Assembly: GCA_044892505.1 (NCBI GenBank)
Contig: CM097884.1
Coordinates: 95,976,001-96,040,000 of the forward strand
DNA: 64,000 bases
Direction: 5' to 3'
Source: Schmidtea nova
Lineage: Eukaryota
Below the pieces are notes generated by a model, which worked only from the letters and a program-made list of their open reading frames with translations, was not told the DNA's origin and searched no databases. Of this stretch, positions 36,669 through 45,450 are shown one piece after another. The stretch's first letter is position 1; each line of letters begins with the position of its first letter. A program made the position numbers and the translations under genes.

Positions 36669-38075
36669 TTAATTAAATTTTAATTCCAAGCTCTCTTCTC
36701 CACACCAATATTGGACGATTGTTCCTTTTCGCACATATGTCTTTCCTGCATATGTTATCGAATTTTCAATTTGCAAATTTGAACCCACTTTTCTTTTCCT
36801 AGTTTCTTTGGCTGTTGAACCCTTTATAAGTGTTGACTTTGCTCTTCCAATAATTGAGCTTGTAAATATTGCCAAACTTTCTTCAATGGGCTCCAGAATA
36901 GTTTCCTCTGCCAACTTCAATTGTATTTCAATTTCCATTATTGATGGTTCTTCTATTGTCAGGTCCACTGTTGTTGTCATTTCCGATGTGCTCTGTGTTG
37001 CTCGTAAATTTCTGTATTCCTCCAGCGAATATATTTTTGAGGGCTGTTTCCTGGGAATCATCACATCATCGATCCATTGACTCTCCACTTTCAAATAAAC
37101 TTTTCTAATGCTTTTCACATCTTCCAACGCGGTGTGGATGCCTGTTTGTGTTTTTTCTCCGCATAATTCTTCAGTGATTGTTTTTAACTTAAACCATTCT
37201 CCTTTTCGGCTTACATTCATTGATTTTAACACTTGCGCTGCTGCCAAATCTCGAATGCCATATAATTTATTGATCCAAATTCCAAGATTATTCAATTCCG
37301 CTTGGAGATCATGACCAATCAGTATTTTTCCTATGGTCAACCTCTGAATATCTTTCATCTCCTGATATTGATCTGCCTGATTTCTACTGGCCACTTCCGT
37401 TATTCCGTGGATTTTGGAATTAAAATGTCTTACTTTCCCTCTTGGTGTAATGTATGTATTTTTTATAATTTTTCCATAATAATTTAGGATTGCGATTGAC
37501 AACGGAATCATTTTTCCGCTTTCGGAGCTTCCATATTCCGCATCGATAAACAAAATTCGATTACGGATTTCTTCTAGATCCATCTCCTTTCTAACAAATG
37601 AGAGCTTCCGTTTTAACATTTCATCTGAAATTGCCATCAAATCCTCCTCATTAGCTTCTGTCGGATGTGTACTTGGAATTTCTCCAACTTCATTTTCAAT
37701 TCTGGTTTCGATAACCATTATGGCATCCTCGTTTGCGGCTCGCAACAAATTGAACATTATTTCCCTCTGCAGTTTCCACGTAGTAAATTTTTTTAATTCC
37801 TTCCGAATCTGATTCCTTTCGTTTAGCATTTCTACCGTGCCTTTTATTATGTGGAGATAATATTGTTCTTTTCTTGCCAATTGCATTTCCTCTGATAACT
37901 TCATTTTGGTGTTTCTGTGCAATTTTAGAATTTGTATTTTCATTCTTCTGTCATCACTTCGAAGGTAGTTGGGAATTTGCAGATTGTTGTTGATCTGGAA
38001 TTTTTGTCCGGCATGGCTTCTGCTGAGTCTGGCGTAACTGTCGTGTACCGATCTTGGCCATTGTAATTGTTCCAT
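36669..38075 (-). CDS. 468-aa protein with an ISG20/REX4-like DEDDh 3'-5' exonuclease domain (about 37090-37560)
   Basis: ExoI ILFIDAEYG; SIAILNYYGKII..TYITP..V..FNSKIHGIT; ExoII GKILIGHDLQAEL; IRDLA; ExoIII HTALED; intact ORF inside the LTR element. Confidence 0.88.
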   Translation of the reverse strand: MEQLQWPRSVHDSYARLSRSHAGQKFQINNNLQIPNYLRSDDRRMKIQILKLHRNTKMKLSEEMQLARKEQYYLHIIKGTVEMLNERNQIRKELKKFTTWKLQREIMFNLLRAANEDAIMVIETRIENEVGEIPSTHPTEANEEDLMAISDEMLKRKLSFVRKEMDLEEIRNRILFIDAEYGSSESGKMIPLSIAILNYYGKIIKNTYITPRGKVRHFNSKIHGITEVASRNQADQYQEMKDIQRLTIGKILIGHDLQAELNNLGIWINKLYGIRDLAAAQVLKSMNVSRKGEWFKLKTITEELCGEKTQTGIHTALEDVKSIRKVYLKVESQWIDDVMIPRKQPSKIYSLEEYRNLRATQSTSEMTTTVDLTIEEPSIMEIEIQLKLAEETILEPIEESLAIFTSSIIGRAKSTLIKGSTAKETRKRKVGSNLQIENSITYAGKTYVRKGTIVQYWCGEESLELKFN

Positions 38076-38491
38076 TTGCTAAAATTATTGAATTTTAATT
38101 TATGTTAATTTTAGAATTTGAAACTATGATCGAGGTTGGGTATCCAAAGGATATCGTCTCAATCAATAGTTGTATAAATAAAAATATTTAATTAATTACC
38201 TATCTATTTGAATTTGAAAAATTCGGACTTTAAAAAAAATTTGAAATTCAATGAGTTTTTGAAATTTTAAATCTAACGGTTTAACCCTTATCCTATATAC
38301 CCTCTTAAATTTCCTTCCCCTATTCAATTTCCTCTTTTTATCCAATCAAATTCATTTGCCAAGCGATCCTTGAAAGCAGTTTTACACCAAAAATAAAAAG
38401 TGTTCCATAAAATGTAATGTTATCAATGAATAAATAAATAATAAATTCTACACTACTGTTACTTATATTGCATGCAGAAATCATTGTCTTA

Positions 38492-39680
38492 CTACACAAA
38501 TGTCTCATCGAAGACAAACCAAGGTCTCGAAGGTTCGGATTGATTTGCCGGAGATTGAAATGATTTTTCGAATATGCACAATACGATAGCCATGATAACT
38601 GTTAGAATTACTGCAAAAGAAATGATGATTATAATCAATGTTATGCACATTTTTTCATTATTCGTTTTCAGGAACAATTTAGTTTGATTATTTACAATTG
38701 ATTTATTGATAGGAATGTTATTAAGAAATGTTGTGGTTTGATATTGGTGTGAATCGTTTGGGTATGCTTCATCATATGAGACTTGAATGAGTTTATTTTC
38801 GACAAACGTTATCTGCCATTGATTTGAATATCGAGTACGACGATGATATTTGATTTTTACGAGAACTAATTTCGACATTGGGTTTGATTGCGATTGTTGA
38901 AAAATTATTGTTTGAGATTGTCTTTTGCTGTCTAGAATTGCTTGCATTTTCCCATAACAATATATAACCGCCTTTTGATTAGGGTCTGTTTGCCTGGTGA
39001 CTTTTATTGCTTGATGGTAGATGTGAAATTGAACTCTATTCGTTTCATTAATTAATGTTATCGTTTGTTGACTGGTGTGAACTTTAACCCATTGATTCTC
39101 CGTATCGGTGCCATTTTCATATAAAGTCTTCTCATAATAGTGAATCACAACATTATAAGTCTGAAATAACTTTAAATTAATATAATTTATGAAGGGTTTT
39201 CTACTATTCAATGTGTCTATTGCATAATTTTGGAAAATCGTTTTTACTTGTTGGGATTCTTGGGGTTCCCAATATACATTAATACTATTTATCGAAGGTT
39301 CAATTGATACCAAATTTTCCCACTTTTTTGTCCAAATTTCTAGGCGTATTATATTACGTATTTCCGTAGTATTCTTTTTAGGATCTAGCTGTGCTACCCG
39401 CCAGGGATATTTGTAATTCATTGTCAGATGACGTGCAACATGATAATTATTATTATAATCCAATTTCACCGGGGGTTCAAAATAATTTAATAAATTATTT
39501 ATTTCTACTTCCTCATCTTTTTCACAGAAATAAATCCACACAATCTGAGTACATGTTGCAAATGTATTGATTCTCTCTAACAATGGGATTCGTTTTGTTG
39601 CAACCGATGGAAGAAATCGTACTGCATTCGTACACAAAACATTCAACATCATTACTGTAGAAATTAGTAAAATTTTATTA
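38492..39680 (-). CDS. Putative second type-I membrane glycoprotein fused behind the integrase
   Basis: Signal-like KILLISTVMMLNVLCTNA; ~330-aa ectodomain with sequons NTT, NGT, NET, NKS, NQT; TM ITLIIIIISFAVILTVIMAIVLCIF; short tail; family unrecognised. Confidence 0.7.
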
Positions 39681-42600
39681 ATGTAGCTTGATGGGGCTGG
39701 GTTTCTATTATACCTCTGTTTGATTGCTTCATCTTCCTTCCGTTTTGATCGTAATGGATATTGTTTTAACTCTTCCACCGGCACCTTTTTACAGCGGTTT
39801 ACATGAACAACTATTGTTCCAGCTTTTTTATTATTCTGTGGACGCAACTTTAGATTAGTCTCTGTAGCATCACATACTACATATGGTCCTTTAAAAGGTC
39901 TTTGCAGTTTCACTGACAATCCTTTAGTCGGCTCTGGCTTATTTACATACACTAAATCTCCAATTTTAATATCATGCGCATGTGCGCGTTTATCATAGCA
40001 CTCTTTATAAGCTTCTTGATGGTGTTTTATTTTAAGACCTGCTTGAACCCATACTGACTGCAATCTCTCTTGCATAATTACTTTATAATCGGATACATCC
40101 ATATATTGGGAAATAGGTGACTGAAATTTCAAATCAATTGGCATATTATTACGTCGTAAATACATAAGGTAGAAAGGTGTTTCACCGGTACTTTCATTAC
40201 CTGCATTCCGATATGCAAATAGGCATGGTTTAATATACAAATCCCAATCTTTTTGCTTTCTATTTACATAAGAAGATATCATATTTATTAGTGTTCCATT
40301 GAATCTTTCCACTAAGCCATCTGTTTGTGGATGATAAGGTGATGTACTTATTTTCATTATTCCGAATAATTCTGTGATCGATTTGAATAAATCACTTTGA
40401 AAATTTGTTCCTTGATCTGTAAGTAATTTTTTTGGTGCTCCATATCGAAAGATTATGTTTTCAACAAATATTTTTGCTACTGTCTCTGCTTTTTGATTTG
40501 GCATAGGATAAGCTTCTGGCCATTTTGTTAAATAGTCACAAAAGACAATAATGTATTTATTTCCATTTGTCGTTTCTGGTAGTGGACCCACGATGTCCAT
40601 TGCCGTCATTTCCATCGGCGCTTGTGGTACTGGCATTGGCTTTAAAGGAACTTTAATTTTCTTTCCTGTATTTCTCCTGGTTAGACATATTTCACACGTA
40701 TGACACCACTGTTTGACATCTTGCTCCATCGTGTCCCAATAATATTTTTGCTTTAATCTCGATAATGTTTTACGTGCTGATAAATGTCCTCCCAATGCTC
40801 CATCATGATACAACAACAGTAATGATCTTCGATATTTTGTTGGAACGATAATTAATAAATTTTCATTTTTTACACATTTTAGCAAACCATCATGGACAAT
40901 ATATTTATGTTTTTCCTCAACAACATGTTTCCAGTCACTCTCCTTTTTGATGGTGACAGCATGTTGACGTAGCTGATTTAATTCAATATCATTTTCTTGA
41001 TCATTTTGTAATTCTTTTAGATTGTTTACAGTTTTAATTGCCATAAATATTGTATTTTCATAATTTATTTCACTTCTACCATCATTATTTTCGTCATTAA
41101 TTCTCGATAACGCATCGGCATTTGCATTTGACTTTCCTGAACGGTACTTTATTTCGAAATCATATTCTTGCAGCGCAATTGACCATCGGATTAATTTGCT
41201 GGCTGAATCTCTGTGCTTCATGAGCCATTGCAGTGGATTATGGTCCGTAAAAACAATAAACTTTCTACCGATTAGGTGTTGTCTGAAAGTAGTTATTCCA
41301 TATACCAACGCTAAAGTCTCTTTTTCGATTGTAGAATAATTCTTTTCATGTGGCTTTAATGTTCGACTAGCATAGGCAATTACATGATCTTTTTCACCTT
41401 CCACTTGTTGACCCAACACTGCTCCTAATGCGAAATTACTGGCATCTGTCATTAATATGAACTGTCTCTTAAAGTCTGGGCATCTCAAAATTGGTTGTTT
41501 TAATAAACTTTCTTTCAGAATATCAAATGCATTTTGTTGAGCCGTCATCCATTTAAATTTAGTTTGCTTTTTAAGCAGTATATTCAAAGGTTGTGCTACA
41601 TGCGAAAAATTTTTAATAAATTTTCTATAATAACCTGCTAAACCAAGAAATTGTCGAACTTGATCAACATCTTTTGGAATTGGATAATTTTTGATTTTCT
41701 CTACATTTTCGGGATTCGGCTGTAATCCACGTCTTGAAATAATATGACCCACATAAACAACTTCAGACTTTCCCCATTCGCATTTTGATGGTTTTATTTT
41801 TAAATTTGCTTTTAATAATCTTTTGAATACTGTTTCAACATCTTTTAAATGCTCTTGAAAACTGCCTGAAAATATTATTATGTCATCAATATAGACTAAT
41901 GCATGTGGAATGTCGCGTAATACGAAATTCATGCCTCTCTGAAAAGTAGCAGGTGCTCCTGTTAATCCAAATGGTAAAACGTTAAACTCGTATAGGCCTT
42001 TACCATCTGAAAATGCAGTTTTTCTCTTGTCATCCTCTTTTACTTTAAATTGGTTGTATCCTTTATTTAAATCAATTACTGTGAAAAATTGTACCTCGCC
42101 CATTTGATCAAACATTTCCTGTGGAACTGGAATAGGATATGTATCTTTTCTCGTGACCTGATTCAACTTTCGATAATCTACACAAAATCGCAAATCTCCA
42201 TCTTTCTTTTTAACAACCACTATCGATGATGAAAATGGTGATGAACTATCTCGTATAATATTGAACTCTTTCATTGCTTTAATTTGCCGATCACTTTCCT
42301 CTTGATGAACGTACGGAATCCTATACGGTCTCAATTTGATAGGAGTTTCATCAAGTAATGGTATCTCATGCTCAATTATTTGAGTAAGTCCCAAATCATA
42401 TTCATGCCTAGCAAATACACTTTTGTATTTCATTAATAGGGCTGTAAATTCTTCTCTTTGCTCATCTGTCAAATCCTTGCTTGTAACTTGAGGTTGTTTA
42501 TAAATTTTAATGTTCCTTGGTAACTTTTGAACTTCTTCAGCTTCAATTTTTATCAATTTCCCCAATTTTGTTTTGGGTTGCATCTGGATAGATTTTGTGC

Positions 42601-44158
42601 CACAATTTGCTATTCGTACTGGCACTAATTTATTTTTGACTCTCACTAACTCATCACACATAGGTAAATCATATTTTTCTATTAGTTTGTGATTTGGCTC
42701 AAATATGCATTCCTCATCTGGTGCATTTATAACATCTGCATAATATATTATTTCGCTTTTTGATGGTACTTCAACCATTTGATTTAGAAATACTTCTCCG
42801 ATCTCCTCAATAACTTCACCAGTTTGACCTTTCACTAATTTTCCGGTATTTAGATCGAGTGAGATTCCTTTTAACTGCTCCATAACGTCCATACCAATAA
42901 GGCATTTAACCGGGCTCTTTCTCATTACCACTACCCAGTGGGATATCTCTTGATCTCCAATCTTTAATTTGGCTTGTACTTTCCCTATGATATTCAGCAA
43001 ATTATGCGACATTGATTTAATACGCTTATTCGTTGGTTTCATTTCTTTAATTTCTTGATACATTAATAATTCCTCTGACACAATAGTATGACTTGAACCT
43101 GAATCTAATAAGGCTTGCACTTTTCGATCATTAAATAAGACATCAATCCGAGGTTGTTTTCCTCCCGTTACCATCGTCATTAGTGCATAGCTGCATGGTA
43201 ATCCGAGCATATTTTTGCGTTCAATTTCTGCACTCGTTGGTTCAATTTTCTCTGTTCCACTTTGAATATCATCTAATGGTTTCATCTCTTTTAACTTTTC
43301 TCCGGGATATACAGGTGCTGTCGGTACAAATGTTGGAGTATACCATCGAGTTAGTGTATCAATTCCGCTTAATTTTGGCATTGGTTCTAGTAAGAATCTA
43401 GTTTCTGGTTCTGTTTTATTTTTCAATATACCCTTCCGATAATATTTTGACTCGGTATTACCTCCATCATTATTATTGTTCTGACTATTGATCTCTTCCG
43501 ATTGACATAATGATTCCTCACTTTTTTGATCCTTTCTCAATTGTGCTCTTACATTTGCCATTTCTTTGTATTGATGATTTGTAATGAAAAATCTGGCCAA
43601 AAATGGGATACAACCGATTATTATTTTCCATGACCATCCGGAAATAGCGTATATTCTATGTGCTGACAACACTTGCGATACTATCACTTTCATTGTCACT
43701 GCAATTACGTAGATTCCAATTAAACCGGCACAAGCTTGTCCTAAGAACATAAATTTACCCCAAATCTTTTCCATTGTTTTATACGTGGCTCTTTTAAAAT
43801 GATCGGGCGTCAACAAATACTCATAATTCACTTTTCCCTCTCCATTGGGTAATATTGTATCAACCATTTCTGAAATTACCCTTTCCTTTTTCGATGGAAA
43901 TAACAAATTTCTTTGAGCCTCTTCGATATCTTCGCTTGCATACAAACCCGTTTGTGCCATTTTATTTAATGATGTGAAATTTACTAAATATTCTAAGTTC
44001 GTTAATTCTAATTTATCGGGTGTTTTTACTCCTCTGTAATCTGGTAACGCTATCCATGAATCTGGCGTTAAACGATACAACGGCGCAAGTAGTCGATTGC
44101 ATTGTAATATTTTCGGTTTCGTCTGTTCTTCAAGCAATATTCGAGTAATTGGTTCCAT
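38492..44158 (-). CDS. pol: 1888-aa polyprotein segment: env C-terminus/TM, PR, RT, RNase H, IN, second membrane protein
   Basis: LLDSGS (43105); LRFCVDYRKLN, LPFGL, YIDD (41890); TDAS RNase H; HHCC, MDIVGP, TDQG, VERFN, GPY integrase; in frame with both upstream ORFs. Confidence 0.97.
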   Translation of the reverse strand: MEPITRILLEEQTKPKILQCNRLLAPLYRLTPDSWIALPDYRGVKTPDKLELTNLEYLVNFTSLNKMAQTGLYASEDIEEAQRNLLFPSKKERVISEMVDTILPNGEGKVNYEYLLTPDHFKRATYKTMEKIWGKFMFLGQACAGLIGIYVIAVTMKVIVSQVLSAHRIYAISGWSWKIIIGCIPFLARFFITNHQYKEMANVRAQLRKDQKSEESLCQSEEINSQNNNNDGGNTESKYYRKGILKNKTEPETRFLLEPMPKLSGIDTLTRWYTPTFVPTAPVYPGEKLKEMKPLDDIQSGTEKIEPTSAEIERKNMLGLPCSYALMTMVTGGKQPRIDVLFNDRKVQALLDSGSSHTIVSEELLMYQEIKEMKPTNKRIKSMSHNLLNIIGKVQAKLKIGDQEISHWVVVMRKSPVKCLIGMDVMEQLKGISLDLNTGKLVKGQTGEVIEEIGEVFLNQMVEVPSKSEIIYYADVINAPDEECIFEPNHKLIEKYDLPMCDELVRVKNKLVPVRIANCGTKSIQMQPKTKLGKLIKIEAEEVQKLPRNIKIYKQPQVTSKDLTDEQREEFTALLMKYKSVFARHEYDLGLTQIIEHEIPLLDETPIKLRPYRIPYVHQEESDRQIKAMKEFNIIRDSSSPFSSSIVVVKKKDGDLRFCVDYRKLNQVTRKDTYPIPVPQEMFDQMGEVQFFTVIDLNKGYNQFKVKEDDKRKTAFSDGKGLYEFNVLPFGLTGAPATFQRGMNFVLRDIPHALVYIDDIIIFSGSFQEHLKDVETVFKRLLKANLKIKPSKCEWGKSEVVYVGHIISRRGLQPNPENVEKIKNYPIPKDVDQVRQFLGLAGYYRKFIKNFSHVAQPLNILLKKQTKFKWMTAQQNAFDILKESLLKQPILRCPDFKRQFILMTDASNFALGAVLGQQVEGEKDHVIAYASRTLKPHEKNYSTIEKETLALVYGITTFRQHLIGRKFIVFTDHNPLQWLMKHRDSASKLIRWSIALQEYDFEIKYRSGKSNANADALSRINDENNDGRSEINYENTIFMAIKTVNNLKELQNDQENDIELNQLRQHAVTIKKESDWKHVVEEKHKYIVHDGLLKCVKNENLLIIVPTKYRRSLLLLYHDGALGGHLSARKTLSRLKQKYYWDTMEQDVKQWCHTCEICLTRRNTGKKIKVPLKPMPVPQAPMEMTAMDIVGPLPETTNGNKYIIVFCDYLTKWPEAYPMPNQKAETVAKIFVENIIFRYGAPKKLLTDQGTNFQSDLFKSITELFGIMKISTSPYHPQTDGLVERFNGTLINMISSYVNRKQKDWDLYIKPCLFAYRNAGNESTGETPFYLMYLRRNNMPIDLKFQSPISQYMDVSDYKVIMQERLQSVWVQAGLKIKHHQEAYKECYDKRAHAHDIKIGDLVYVNKPEPTKGLSVKLQRPFKGPYVVCDATETNLKLRPQNNKKAGTIVVHVNRCKKVPVEELKQYPLRSKRKEDEAIKQRYNRNPAPSSYINKILLISTVMMLNVLCTNAVRFLPSVATKRIPLLERINTFATCTQIVWIYFCEKDEEVEINNLLNYFEPPVKLDYNNNYHVARHLTMNYKYPWRVAQLDPKKNTTEIRNIIRLEIWTKKWENLVSIEPSINSINVYWEPQESQQVKTIFQNYAIDTLNSRKPFINYINLKLFQTYNVVIHYYEKTLYENGTDTENQWVKVHTSQQTITLINETNRVQFHIYHQAIKVTRQTDPNQKAVIYCYGKMQAILDSKRQSQTIIFQQSQSNPMSKLVLVKIKYHRRTRYSNQWQITFVENKLIQVSYDEAYPNDSHQYQTTTFLNNIPINKSIVNNQTKLFLKTNNEKMCITLIIIIISFAVILTVIMAIVLCIFEKSFQSPANQSEPSRPWFVFDETFV
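39780..40830 (-). CDS. Integrase domain (HHCC, DDE, GPY/F)
   Basis: YHDGALGGH...CHTCEIC; AMDIVGP, LTDQGTNF, GLVERFN; FKGPY. Confidence 0.97.
41100..42400 (-). CDS. Reverse transcriptase and RNase H domains
   Basis: PYRIP, DLNKGYNQF, YIDDII, FLGLAGYYRKFI, FILMTDAS, EKETLA, TDHNPL, NADALSR. Confidence 0.98.
42850..43160 (-). CDS. Retropepsin protease domain
   Basis: VQALLDSGSSHTIV ... CLIGMDVM. Confidence 0.95.
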
Positions 44159-45450
44159 AAATCGTAGCTTACCCCCAACACTTACGGGTAACTCATTTGT
44201 GCATTTTTCATATTTTGCAATTTTTACAGCGATTTCCTTACATTTGTAACTATATAATGCTTCTCAAAAAATTCTCGCAAATACGCCATTTTCCGATATC
44301 AGCATAGGGGCTACTAAGTTCGGGTTTGTGACTGCCATTGCCATTCGATTCCGAAGAATGTCTTTATTCAATTTACAATCATTAAGAATCATTTCTCTAT
44401 AAACATTCTCCATGATGTCTTGACTAAAATGAAATAAATAATCGATTTTGTTATTGAAATAATGCGTTAATTTAATGTCGTTTACATGAATTTTAGTTTT
44501 TGCGTCTTCAACTATTCCTTTTGAAACATAGACGCCTTTATAATTTGTTGTATATAATATTCGCCCACATTTATTCGTAACTTCCTTTTTTATAAAACGC
44601 ATGCTATCCGTTGGCGATGTTGACATCAGAACTGCACTCATTTTCCTGGTCATTATTGGAGTTGATTTAATTGCTTCTTTTGATTTATAATTCATGCTAA
44701 AACTATCGGGTCTTTCCTGAAATTGTTCTCCGATTATTTCTTTAAAATTCATAGTTTTTAGAAAAGCCAAATTACATTCATTTACCTTTACATTATAAAC
44801 TAAAATCGACTCTCCTGTTTGACAATTTGTCTGTTTCATATTACAGAATGGATGTGTCTGTAATTTTCCCGTATCGTCATCAAATGCTCCTTCGAACTCT
44901 CTAAGTTCCGTAACGTACTCCTCAAATACTACCGTTTTATCCACCATTTTACCATTCATTTTATACGGTTCGCCTTCGCAATCTCCATTTGCTTTCATTA
45001 TCCCTTTCACAACTACTGTCTCTCGTATTCTGTGATTTAATTTAGCTTTCAATCGGATTTCCGAACTTATTTTTAATTCTCCTGTTTGAAATGCTGTCAA
45101 ACAATTTTCTGGAAAAATCTCAACTGGTCTCGGTATTGCATTTACTTTTATTAATGACGAGTGGCTCCACTTTCCACAATAAAACACAAACGTTGTATGT
45201 TTCACGCTACACTCTCTAACTTTAGTTCGTCGTAAATCTGATTCTTGATATACGTGGTATTTTACATCATTTTCAACTTTTAATTTACTCGGATAGGCAT
45301 CTGGGCATTCTGACATATCTACTACTGAATAAATTTTTCCCATTTCCGTTTGGGAGCAATCATATGCAACTAATGACGTCGCTTGTGCAATAACTGTACA
45401 CAGGATAATCATTGTAAACATCAACCATGGGAATATTCCTATTCTCTTCG
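43560..45450 (-). CDS. env: Envelope fusion glycoprotein, Chuviridae G-like (class III-like), with one in-frame TGA at 44264-44266
   Basis: Signal peptide then LVAYDC; YCG..SH; G.CEG..Y; YFNNKIDY; C..N...L.N.MA...P; ARIF[*]EALYSYKC...C.NELPV...FMEPITRIL; GLYASEDI; WGKFMFLGQACAGLIGIY TM; GWSWK. Confidence 0.85.
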
